DNA of 45,822 nt from a virus (Duplodnaviria > Caudoviricetes), in IMG/VR virus record IMGVR_UViG_3300017766_001602, positions 1-45,822 of that record; one strand, written 5' to 3'. A program made the translations under genes and the position numbers. Positions 1 through 7,774 of this stretch are shown in pieces (the stretch's first letter is position 1; each line of letters begins with the position of its first letter). The notes under the pieces were generated by a model. It was given only the letters and a program-made list of their open reading frames with translations. It was not told the DNA's origin and searched no databases.

Positions 1-126
1 GAGGCGAAGCGGCGCGGCGACCTGCTTGTCGTCGGCGTCAACAGCGACGCGAGCGTCCGCCGCCTCAAGGGACCACGCCGCCCCGTCCAGCCCGAGCGGC
101 AGCGTGCCGAGATGCAGCACGATTGA
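1..126 (+). pseudogene. hldE: Fragment of HldE/RfaE cytidylyltransferase-like (ADP-heptose synthase C-terminal) domain; truncated
   Basis: Frame 1 reads [38 protein letters not shown], the typical GD.L.VG.NSD.SV.RLKG..RP motif, then QHD-stop at 124-126, far short of the domain end. Confidence 0.8.
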
Positions 127-177
127 CTTCACCCCATCAGGTAACTTGATCCCAGTCATATATAACCTCGTTGGTTA

Positions 178-204
178 GCCCCTATAGTGCTGCGCTATAG
201 GGGC
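178..204. terminator. Intergenic hairpin downstream of leftward gene 251-967
   Basis: GCCCCTATAG-tgctgcg-CTATAGGGGC, perfect 10-bp stem; no clear U-tract. Confidence 0.45.
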
Positions 205-250
205 CAGAGAACATATGCGTAGAATGCAGCAAGCACAGCGAAGATGATCT

Positions 251-967
251 TCATTTTGATCCGTCGAACCTCTCTTTCAGCGCAGCGTCGATGTCTTCGA
301 GGTAGGTGCCGCCTGATCTGGGCACATCATGCTTCTTGGCGACGGCCTTGATCTCAGCCCACAGCCTGCCGACCGACCACTTGTCGCGCGAATGGTCGAT
401 CTCCTTCTCCAGCTCAGTGAGACGGATCAGGCGTTGATCCTGCTCGCCGAGACGACGTGCCTGATCGGTGATCGTGTTCACGTGGTCAGCGATCACATCC
501 GTCGCCGCATCGATTGCATCGCGCAGATTATCACGTTCACGCCGCAGCTCATCGCGCTCACGACGCAGCTCGTCAGACGGGCTGGCGTTGTGACGTATCC
601 TCAGCATCATCTTATTCCACTCACGCTGGATCGCATTGAGACCAGTGCATCCCGGCTCCTCCGCGATCCTGTTGCGCACCACGAAGCGATTGATCGCCTT
701 GCGTGTGCGCTCCTCCTCACGCGCAGCATTGTATTGTGCAAGCGTCACGCCGACCTTCGTCGGGCCAGCCGCATCATCGTCATCGTCGTCGCACTCATGC
801 GCCTCGATCTTGTTGAGCGCATCGACGACAGTCTTGGCGAGGGCTTCGGTATATGCCTCACCCATGACCGTCTCCTCCTTCGTGGAGGTCTTTACTACAG
901 TCTCGGTCACCTTGAGGATTTGGCACGAGCCGTTCGGAAATTTCCGATAGTTATACAGCACTGTCAC
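251..967 (-). CDS. Hypothetical phage protein with coiled-coil region
   Basis: 238-aa ORF, AAGGAG upstream of GTG, start overlaps stop of 964-1206; ELRRERD tandem heptads. Confidence 0.7.
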   Translation of the reverse strand: MTVLYNYRKFPNGSCQILKVTETVVKTSTKEETVMGEAYTEALAKTVVDALNKIEAHECDDDDDDAAGPTKVGVTLAQYNAAREEERTRKAINRFVVRNRIAEEPGCTGLNAIQREWNKMMLRIRHNASPSDELRRERDELRRERDNLRDAIDAATDVIADHVNTITDQARRLGEQDQRLIRLTELEKEIDHSRDKWSVGRLWAEIKAVAKKHDVPRSGGTYLEDIDAALKERFDGSK

Positions 968-1206
968 TTGACTTCTCCTTCGACATAGACACTGGGGTCA
1001 CGAATGATCTCGATGTAGCCTGTCCCCATTTTGCTATCAACGAACGCGCGCTTATGTATGTCATCGCACCCGCGCGCAAGGTGGATCAGCATGTCGAACG
1101 CCTCGTTAGGCGTCAGATAGAACGTGTCACCTTTCGGTGGATTGATCGCGACCTTATCGCGGAAGCGATAGATGCTGATGCTATGTGTACGCTTGTTGGT
1201 CACCAC
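964..1206 (-). CDS. Hypothetical phage protein
   Basis: 80-aa ORF tightly packed in the leftward operon, GAGG RBS. Confidence 0.65.
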   Translation of the reverse strand: MVTNKRTHSISIYRFRDKVAINPPKGDTFYLTPNEAFDMLIHLARGCDDIHKRAFVDSKMGTGYIEIIRDPSVYVEGEVK

Positions 1207-1211
1207 TCACC

Positions 1212-2177
1212 TCACCACGCTAGAGTTTTCCGGGCAGGAGCCACGTCGTCGCCCTTATAGTTGACGATCATTGGCTCGATGTAGATGTCGCGCTCCATGG
1301 ACCACTTGGGTCCGTACTTTTGTTTGCGGTAATGACCACGCCGCCAGTGCGGGACCATCAGCTTGTCGCCCGGAACATACTTGCGCTTCGTCCCATCGCG
1401 CGACGTGATCGTGCCTATGTGCAGCACGGCATGTGGAATGATGGCTCGCTTGCCTGCCTTCACACGAGACTTATTGAGCTTCGTGACATCGACCACATCA
1501 CGCTCGACACCCTTGGTGTGCAGCAGCAGCATCGCTGCCGTCACAGCCACCGTCGCATCGCTTGCGTCGATGCGCGCAGCCTCATGGCGTGCCTTCTCGA
1601 AGTCCCCATACACCTTATAGTTCGGTGTGTCCCAGAACACATGTGATGTCTGAACATCCATCCCTGATTTGCGGATGCCATTGCCCTCGTCGATGATCGC
1701 TGGCGTGACGATGAGTGTCTGCGCAGGCAGCATAGTCACAGGCTTACCATCGACTATCGCGCGCCGAAACATGATGACGAACCAGTCGCCCTTACCACTG
1801 TCGCCGATGAACGTGATGACACGCATCTTGATCTGCGTGCGTTTACCGTCGCACTCGATGTCTCCGGGCGCATCGAACTCGACGATCATGTGCTCGTATG
1901 GCAACTTGGTCCGGCCCGCATCCATCAGCGCAACGATGCTATGGTTGACCTCATCGCCACACATCATGTGGCACAGCTCCTCGCTGACGAAGAACGCAGG
2001 GATTTTAGCTGCCGAGATCAGGTCAATCGTCTTCACCAGACTAGACGTGATCCTTATACCTCTGAGGTCGAGGCTTCTCGTGACCGGGTTGGCTGGCACA
2101 CCAACAGTGAAGTCATCCGCAGCTATGGCCTCCTCGATCTTGTGCCACTGCGTTGCAACCTCTCGCTTCATCGCCAT
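1212..2177 (-). CDS. Conserved-looking hypothetical phage protein (C-terminal PHWRRGHYR motif)
   Basis: 321 aa, AAGGAGG RBS; the H-x-RRGH-x-R C-terminal motif is common in phage hypotheticals. Confidence 0.75.
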   Translation of the reverse strand: MAMKREVATQWHKIEEAIAADDFTVGVPANPVTRSLDLRGIRITSSLVKTIDLISAAKIPAFFVSEELCHMMCGDEVNHSIVALMDAGRTKLPYEHMIVEFDAPGDIECDGKRTQIKMRVITFIGDSGKGDWFVIMFRRAIVDGKPVTMLPAQTLIVTPAIIDEGNGIRKSGMDVQTSHVFWDTPNYKVYGDFEKARHEAARIDASDATVAVTAAMLLLHTKGVERDVVDVTKLNKSRVKAGKRAIIPHAVLHIGTITSRDGTKRKYVPGDKLMVPHWRRGHYRKQKYGPKWSMERDIYIEPMIVNYKGDDVAPARKTLAW

Positions 2178-2437
2178 CCTCCTTCGTTGACCTTCACCTG
2201 TTCGAGCCAGACTATCAGCGTTCTGCGCTCGTCGTTCGTCAGTGCATCGACGGCGCGCTTGGTAGCCTCGCCGACGATGGTCACCTCACGCTTCAGCACA
2301 CGCAGGATGACCTTGCGCGACCACCACGCAGAGCCGAATATATCGCAGTGCACGTTATCGTGCAGATTGATCTGCCACGTCTGCCCGCCCGGCAGCGTGA
2401 TCTGTGATTTGAGCGGTCTGGGCTTATCATCAGACAT
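2168..2437 (-). CDS. Hypothetical phage protein (MSDDKPRP...)
   Basis: Internal ATG at 2437 of ORF 2168-2494 overlaps the end of the upstream gene and fills the gap in the operon. Confidence 0.6.
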   Translation of the reverse strand: MSDDKPRPLKSQITLPGGQTWQINLHDNVHCDIFGSAWWSRKVILRVLKREVTIVGEATKRAVDALTNDERRTLIVWLEQVKVNEGGWR

Positions 2438-2987
2438 TGACGCGCCCCTTGTGCTTGCCCTTGCCGAGGCCGGTGATGACATGCCTGCCGACATAGCTCT
2501 CCTCTTTGTATGTGATGAAGGCTATCTGCGCCGTGTTGCGCCATGTGACCTTGATAACGTCGGCGTATTCCTCGCTCTCCTTGATCTTGTAGCCGCTCAT
2601 GCCGATGGCGCGCATCGCATGGATCATGATCGAGCGCTTGCTGGCCTTATGTGCAACGCGGATGGTCTCGCGCCGCACCCATGAGTAGTTCGCCTCGCCG
2701 CCGAATGTGTCGGTGTGCTCGATCTCATACACATCGACCGGCTCCATGTAGTGCATGGTATAGAGCGTCAGCTCTGTGAGCTTGCCCTCGAACTGGCCGA
2801 TGAACGTGTCGTCGGCGCAGCTCACCACATCCCAGTGCCAACCGAACGCCTTGGCGAAATAATCGGTCGCGATCTTCTTCTCCTCAGGGCCAATGCCTGA
2901 GGCATCATCGTTGATGAGGTAACTCGCCCAGTGTACTGGCATCGGCTCATGCCGCACGTTTAGTTTCGGTTCTGCCTTCTTACCCAT
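2430..2987 (-). CDS. Hypothetical phage protein, apparently two small domains
   Basis: 185 aa, AAGGAGG RBS; PVHWASYLINDDASG and TDTFGGEANYSWV segments. Confidence 0.75.
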   Translation of the reverse strand: MGKKAEPKLNVRHEPMPVHWASYLINDDASGIGPEEKKIATDYFAKAFGWHWDVVSCADDTFIGQFEGKLTELTLYTMHYMEPVDVYEIEHTDTFGGEANYSWVRRETIRVAHKASKRSIMIHAMRAIGMSGYKIKESEEYADVIKVTWRNTAQIAFITYKEESYVGRHVITGLGKGKHKGRVNV

Positions 2988-3004
2988 GATGACCTCCTTC
3001 GGTC

Positions 3005-3025
3005 TTTGTGACGCGGCATCACAAA
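3005..3025. promoter_or_regulatory. 21-bp palindrome, copy 1
   Basis: TTTGTGACG-CGG-CATCACAAA, 17 nt upstream of ATG 2987. Confidence 0.75.
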
Positions 3026-3037
3026 CCGCGCGCCTGA

Positions 3038-3391
3038 CTACTGACTTGCCTGCGGATCACCTGCCATGCGGGTCGGACCCATGAAGCGCTGCGCAGGCTT
3101 GAACATGTGCATGTAGATCGCGCGCAGTGCAGTGATAGCCTTGTCGCCGAGGTCGCGCTTTATGCACAGCTCGACTGCCAAATCCAGATCGAACTTGTTC
3201 ATGTCGCCGAGCGATGTCACGTTGCATGTGACCTGTGTACCGCCCGGCCTGTTGACGAGCTGAATGTATGTCGCATCCAGATCGTTGTTGACGATGTAAA
3301 TAAACATGCGCTCGTGCACAATGCACACGCCGTCGTGCACTGGCGTTGCGACAACCTCGTCGCCCCTAGTTTTGATCTCTGCTTCGCTCAT
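3038..3391 (-). CDS. Hypothetical protein, tandem paralog 3
   Basis: 117 aa; VVATPVHDG...ITALRAIYMHM resembles the two upstream genes. Confidence 0.7.
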   Translation of the reverse strand: MSEAEIKTRGDEVVATPVHDGVCIVHERMFIYIVNNDLDATYIQLVNRPGGTQVTCNVTSLGDMNKFDLDLAVELCIKRDLGDKAITALRAIYMHMFKPAQRFMGPTRMAGDPQASQ

Positions 3392-3655
3392 CTATCTCCC
3401 CATCATATGTGCGTGCATAGCCCGCACCGTTGTGATCAGCGGATCGCACGCGCCCCATCGCTTCGCCACATCGACTGCGTTGTCTATGTTCGTGCTGATG
3501 TTCTCCTGCGTGAGCTGACGCGTGACACTGACCAGCATGTAGGGTACGTGCCGCAGCTCGAACGCAACGTCTCGATCCCAGATTACCCTGCCTCTATGTA
3601 TCGGCATAGATGCGACCTCTCCCGGTCGCAGGACCGGATACCATTGCTGGCTCAT
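3392..3655 (-). CDS. Hypothetical protein, tandem paralog 2
   Basis: MSQQWYPVLRPGEVASMPIHRG...WGACDPLITTVRAMHAHM; start at internal ATG 3655 after GAGG. Confidence 0.7.
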   Translation of the reverse strand: MSQQWYPVLRPGEVASMPIHRGRVIWDRDVAFELRHVPYMLVSVTRQLTQENISTNIDNAVDVAKRWGACDPLITTVRAMHAHMMGR

Positions 3656-3657
3656 GG

Positions 3658-3924
3658 CTATACCCTCGTCAGATGTGCGTAGGTCGCACGCGCCAACATA
3701 ACCAAATCGTCGCACGCACCCCACTCTCGCGCCTTGCGAAGGCCGCTCTCAAGCGTGTGCTCGAACGTCTCGCCGGTCGTCACACGTTTCACCAGCACAT
3801 AGGTTATGTTGGGTATGCGTCGAACGATGATGCACACCTCGCAATCCCACATCCTCATCCCACTGTTCAGTGGCTCCGTCCTGACGACACCCGGCTCAAG
3901 CGCCTCTAAATAGTACGCGCTCAT
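3658..3924 (-). CDS. Hypothetical protein, tandem paralog 1
   Basis: MSAYYLEALEPGVVRTEPLNSG...WGACDDLVMLARATYAHL; ATG overlaps the upstream TGA. Confidence 0.7.
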   Translation of the reverse strand: MSAYYLEALEPGVVRTEPLNSGMRMWDCEVCIIVRRIPNITYVLVKRVTTGETFEHTLESGLRKAREWGACDDLVMLARATYAHLTRV

Positions 3925-4100
3925 ACGAAGCGCTCCAACCCACGCCAGCCCTCGACGCGCTCGTTGCCGCACGCGTTGGCCTCGGCCTCCTCCTTGGTCT
4001 TGAAGATGCGCGCCTTGCGTATGTCAGACGTGAACGACTTATGCTCACCAGCAGGCGCAACGAACTTCCGTTGGTCAAGGTTCCAGATCACATACAACAT
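3921..4100 (-). CDS. Small hypothetical phage protein
   Basis: MLYVIWNLDQRKFV..., 59 aa, GAGGAGG RBS. Confidence 0.7.
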   Translation of the reverse strand: MLYVIWNLDQRKFVAPAGEHKSFTSDIRKARIFKTKEEAEANACGNERVEGWRGLERFV

Positions 4101-4110
4101 GGTTGCCTCC

Positions 4111-4362
4111 TCACGAGTGCGTGTACCCATCGGTCTCGATGCCGAGCCACATGTTGCCCCACTTGATGAGGACAGCGCCATCGCCCATGAACATGGGCAT
4201 GACCTGCTTGCGGAAGCCGCGATATGTCAGCCGTGTCTGGGTATGCGTGCGCGTGACCAATGTCTTCGACTTGATCTCGTGCGATGCCTCATGCGTGATG
4301 ATGGGCTCTCTATCGAACAGCCGCTTCAGCGCAACCCTCTGCGCTCGTGTCAACTTGATCAT
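4111..4362 (-). CDS. Small hypothetical phage protein
   Basis: 83 aa ending MWLGIETDGYTHS, GGAG RBS. Confidence 0.7.
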   Translation of the reverse strand: MIKLTRAQRVALKRLFDREPIITHEASHEIKSKTLVTRTHTQTRLTYRGFRKQVMPMFMGDGAVLIKWGNMWLGIETDGYTHS

Positions 4363-4381
4363 GATACTCTCCCGTGCAGGG

Positions 4382-4402
4382 TTTGTGACGGCGCATCACA
4401 AA
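4382..4402. promoter_or_regulatory. 21-bp palindrome, copy 2
   Basis: TTTGTGACG-GCG-CATCACAAA, 19 nt upstream of ATG 4362; contains the stop of 4396-4644. Confidence 0.75.
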
Positions 4403-4644
4403 GGTTTCGACATGTCCCGACTATCCCACTGCGCGCCGAGCAGCGGGGTATGTATCTCCTTGACTATCACGTCGATGGTCCTGAAGTATTGCTCGACCAG
4501 CGCAGGCAACAGCGCCACGCCGGTATCGTCGATCACGAACGCAGCCTTGCGTATCTCGACCCGCACATGGACCTGCTGACGCAGCCACGCGCTGTTGCCA
4601 GCCCGCAGGCTGGCCTTGATTATGTGCATTCCAGCGTCGTGCAC
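4396..4644 (-). CDS. Hypothetical protein
   Basis: 82 aa, GTG start right after the upstream stop, AGGAGG RBS. Confidence 0.55.
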   Translation of the reverse strand: MHDAGMHIIKASLRAGNSAWLRQQVHVRVEIRKAAFVIDDTGVALLPALVEQYFRTIDVIVKEIHTPLLGAQWDSRDMSKPL

Positions 4645-4842
4645 CTAGTCCTCCTGCTTATATACCCCTCGGATGCTACCGGCTACCATAGCGCAATCGT
4701 AGACGATATGCCACCAGTCGCAGCGCGCGTTCGCAGCCGCGACGAGCGCATCTTGCAGCGTCTCGAACCGGCCACGATAATCGTTGAACCCGCCAGCGGG
4801 ATAATAGTTATCCCCGGCGAACAAAAGATAATTGCCTGTCAT
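4645..4842 (-). CDS. Small hypothetical phage protein
   Basis: 65 aa, YLLFAGDNYYPAGG; ATGA overlap with the upstream gene. Confidence 0.7.
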   Translation of the reverse strand: MTGNYLLFAGDNYYPAGGFNDYRGRFETLQDALVAAANARCDWWHIVYDCAMVAGSIRGVYKQED

Positions 4843-5609
4843 GCCTCACCTCGTGTCGGCACGCCGAGAAACATTCCCGTCGTGTCTATGTCGCTCAGTT
4901 GCACCTCGACGAACGGGATGCCGCGCGCCTCAGCCAGCTCACGTATGATCTGGCTCTTGGACTTCTCGCTCTCGAACAGGTTGTACAGGTCCGGGCGCTC
5001 AGCCTCGATCCGCGCAGCCGTCTTCTCTATGTATGCTTGCTCCTTCTCCTCCTGCTCCTCCTCCCACTGCATGCGCAGGAAGTTGAGATGGTACTCGATG
5101 TTCTCGCTCGCCTTGGCAGGCGTGAAGTCGTGGTCCATGCACACGAGCGCCCGATAGAGCTGGCGCACCTCGGCGAATGTCCACTCGCTCAGGGTCTCCT
5201 CGTCGAGCGATCGTATGTGATCGCTGCCAGACCAGCCCACGAGCACGAGGTGCCCGCCACTGCGCCCCATGAACTCGAATTTCCAGTCGCCCTGATCATC
5301 GCCGGGGTAGGTGGTGTACTCGTCATCGACGAGGTGCCGCCGCGCGTCCTCGAAGGCCGTCTCGCTCACCCACGAGTGCTTCGCGACGTGAGCCTCCCAC
5401 GCCTCCTGCCGCTGCTCGCTGAAGGCGTACTCGCCCTCGGGCCGGTCCCAGTCCACGCTGTGAGCCTTGACGTTCCATGAGAACGTGTAGCGCGTGTGGT
5501 GGTCGCAATAGGACCGGCTGTCGTCGAGGATGTACTCGGTCATCGCCTTGCGTGATCTGAGCGGCCAGCGATAGCCGTGCTTGGGTCGTTTCGTCTGGAT
5601 GCGTGCCAT
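4839..5609 (-). CDS. Hypothetical protein, first gene of the leftward operon; C-terminus resembles a MoxR/AAA fragment
   Basis: 256 aa, AAGGAG RBS, GRSGG motif, acidic linker. Confidence 0.8.
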   Translation of the reverse strand: MARIQTKRPKHGYRWPLRSRKAMTEYILDDSRSYCDHHTRYTFSWNVKAHSVDWDRPEGEYAFSEQRQEAWEAHVAKHSWVSETAFEDARRHLVDDEYTTYPGDDQGDWKFEFMGRSGGHLVLVGWSGSDHIRSLDEETLSEWTFAEVRQLYRALVCMDHDFTPAKASENIEYHLNFLRMQWEEEQEEKEQAYIEKTAARIEAERPDLYNLFESEKSKSQIIRELAEARGIPFVEVQLSDIDTTGMFLGVPTRGEA

Positions 5610-5626
5610 GGCGGTCTCCTTCGACC

Positions 5627-5647
5627 TTTGTGACGTGGCGTCACAAA
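5627..5647. promoter_or_regulatory. 21-bp palindrome, copy 3
   Basis: TTTGTGACG-TGG-CGTCACAAA with perfect arms, 17 nt upstream of ATG 5609. Confidence 0.8.
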
Positions 5648-5692
5648 AAACATGTGATGGGATAAATGCGCCTGAAGCTCAAGCGACCACGT

Positions 5693-5721
5693 ATTATGAC
5701 ACAATTGCGCCTTAATGTCAA
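5693..5721 (-). promoter_or_regulatory. Sigma70-type early promoter
   Basis: Minus strand TTGACA-N17-CATAAT facing the leftward operon. Confidence 0.75.
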
Positions 5722-5929
5722 GGTCTCCGATGCAATAATCGAGGTGTGCCCCATGCCAGCCGTGCTTCGAGGCTCGATGCTCCCTACCCTATGTGCGACT
5801 ACTGACTTGATGTTCTGGAGCTGATTTATCGAATGTTGTAGCGCTCGCATTGTGGTGTGAAATGGGGTGAGAGAGTGCTTGTAGCGTCTATCTTGTACTT
5901 TAGTGCATCCTCAGGTTGTATTTGATATG

Positions 5930-6515
5930 TTACGCGGTAATGTGTGTGCGCGATAAGTGAAATAGGTGCCCGGTTTTATTGACTTTTCGAAATGTTGACG
6001 CGTCCAGATTGTTGCGTCGGAATTGTAATAGGCAAAAATAAGTGATTGAATTCGCACCGAATAGACAGGTTGCAACCTAGCACAACTTATATCTTGCCTA
6101 TTGTAGTTGGGGTGTAACTATTTGAAATCATTAAAGAACTATTTTTGTAGGCAGAAAAGGCAGGGTTTTTAGGAATTTAAGGGTAGGGAAATTTATAGGG
6201 GATGGTGCTGGCGGCGGCGGCCCGAGCCACCCTATGTTCAAAGTTTCCCGCCTAACGTACCATCTAAAAACAGTGGATTTCTTGCCTATTCTGCCTATTT
6301 GGTTTGTAATCAGATAGTTACAAAGAGGTTTTGTAGGCAAGACTGGCAATTTCGTAGGCAAAAACGGCCAATTGTGGCGAATTTGCCTTATTTCCTGCCT
6401 ATTCTGGCACCCACCGCGCTGCGTGGTTACCGCGTAACCCATTACGCCGTATCGTGTTACCGCGTAACATCATCTCCCATAAGTTACGTTACGCCATAAC
6501 TATTTACGCCGTAAC
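5930..6515. repeat. AT-rich region with TAGGCA/TGCCTA repeats and TTAC-N3-GTAA palindromes; candidate origin or terminus-associated region
   Basis: TAGGCA or TGCCTA near 6029, 6095, 6148, 6283, 6292, 6334, 6355, 6396; GTTACCGCGTAAC at 6426 and 6456, with variants at 5930, 6488, 6504. Confidence 0.6.
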
Positions 6516-6635
6516 ATCGTGCGCTGATAACCCTCAACCCTATGTGCCCTATGTACTACTGACTTGCTCAGCCCTGCTGATGCAGGGCTTCGGACAAGGG
6601 TTCGCTTCGAACAAGGGTTACCTGATCACATGTGC

Positions 6636-6656
6636 TTTGTGACGTTGCGTCACAAA
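6636..6656. promoter_or_regulatory. 21-bp palindrome, copy 4
   Basis: TTTGTGACG-TTG-CGTCACAAA. Confidence 0.8.
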
Positions 6657-6666
6657 ATCAGGGCAT

Positions 6667-6692
6667 AAAAAAAGCCCGGCTTGCGCCGGGCT
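6667..6692 (-). terminator. Rho-independent terminator
   Basis: Minus strand AGCCCGGC-GCAA-GCCGGGC-TTTTTTT. Confidence 0.85.
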
Positions 6693-6714
6693 CATGTAGT
6701 TCGATGTGATTTGA

Positions 6715-6855
6715 TTAGGCGCGCGGTCTGAAGCATGACCTGCTGCGTAGGGTCTGGATTGTGCGGTTTCGCGTCACATATGACCGCGACGGCCAAAGCG
6801 AATAAATCATTAACGCGAGACCGACTAGCAGCAGGACGATTGCGAGAATGGACAT
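6715..6855 (-). CDS. Small membrane peptide
   Basis: MSILAIVLLLVGLALMIYSLWPSR..., 46 aa, GGAG upstream; lies between 6911-7669 and the terminator. Confidence 0.5.
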   Translation of the reverse strand: MSILAIVLLLVGLALMIYSLWPSRSYVTRNRTIQTLRSRSCFRPRA

Positions 6856-6910
6856 TGCAGCAGCTCCAGCTAGAGGCGCGGCGCGCGGGATTGCGCGCCG
6901 CGTTAATCGA

Positions 6911-7669
6911 TTAGGCTTGCGCCTTGGCTGGCGCGAACAATTCGCGCGCACCCTTCTCGCATTCAATCAAATACTCTTTTTGATCTTGCGAGAGGACCTT
7001 TGCGCCAGCCTTGGCAATGCGCGCCAATTCAGCGAAAGCCTTGTGCGCCGCGATGATCATGCTTTCTTGCGTGATCTCAGCAGGCATTGCCGGAGCTTCA
7101 ACTTTGGCCGCAATAGTCGTCGCGGCAGTCAAAGCCTTGATCGCTTCGGCAAGCTCCGGTGCTTTGGCCTTCTTATCAGCCATCAACGTCGCGACGGTTT
7201 CGCGCGCAACGTCAACAGACTTCGCCGCACGTTCCGCAGCCTTGGCCGCGCGGACCATGACAGCGCCGCTGGCCTTGGCCTTGCCCTTGGCCTTGCCCTT
7301 TTTCTTTGGGCTTGTGGACGTATCGCCGCCGCGATTATCGACGCGCAACGCGGGATTGTATTTGACAAGGCGAGACCAACGGGCACGCGTTGCATCGCAT
7401 GCCAGATTTTCCGCGTCGCTGCGCTGTTTGGCAGGCTTGCCAAGGATGGCTTCAGCTTGCGCCATCAGTTTGGACTTCGCTTCTTTGCTATCCGGCCAGA
7501 GGATGTCCGCAACCACGCCATGATCATGCTCGACACGGGCGGCAGGTATTGCCTCCGGCTCATTGGCCGCAACTTCAGACAGACGCGCCAGCAGGACGCG
7601 GAAAGCCTTGGCTGAAGCAACTGTGAGATTGAAGACTTCGCCAGCCTTGAGGATGGAATACGCTTTCAT
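6911..7669 (-). CDS. Ala/Lys-rich hypothetical protein
   Basis: 252 aa with PKKKGKAKGKAKA; has its own promoter and terminator. Confidence 0.75.
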   Translation of the reverse strand: MKAYSILKAGEVFNLTVASAKAFRVLLARLSEVAANEPEAIPAARVEHDHGVVADILWPDSKEAKSKLMAQAEAILGKPAKQRSDAENLACDATRARWSRLVKYNPALRVDNRGGDTSTSPKKKGKAKGKAKASGAVMVRAAKAAERAAKSVDVARETVATLMADKKAKAPELAEAIKALTAATTIAAKVEAPAMPAEITQESMIIAAHKAFAELARIAKAGAKVLSQDQKEYLIECEKGARELFAPAKAQA

Positions 7670-7722
7670 GGTTTAGACCTTTCTAGGTGCACCGTCACAG
7701 GACAGCCCCGCAACGTGATCAC

Positions 7723-7752
7723 ATATTACAGGATACAAGGCGAACAAGTCAA
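7723..7752 (-). promoter_or_regulatory. Sigma70-like promoter for 6911-7669
   Basis: Minus strand TTGACT-N18-TAATAT. Confidence 0.5.
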
Positions 7753-7774
7753 GTCACATAGTGCAAGGTTTTCT

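Noticed and set aside
1-126. hldE as an intact phage auxiliary metabolic gene
   Set aside because: It is prematurely terminated, opposes the orientation of the phage operon and collides with a phage gene start
3964-5157. 397-aa plus-strand ORF, and similar long antisense ORFs such as 11202-12707, 13762-15186 and 21279-22457
   Set aside because: Shadow frames of high-GC genes on the opposite strand, with no motifs or RBS
6131-6442. 103-aa ORF with LPTK repeats
   Set aside because: It is the translation of the TAGGCA DNA repeats in an AT-rich region, with atypical codon use and no RBS
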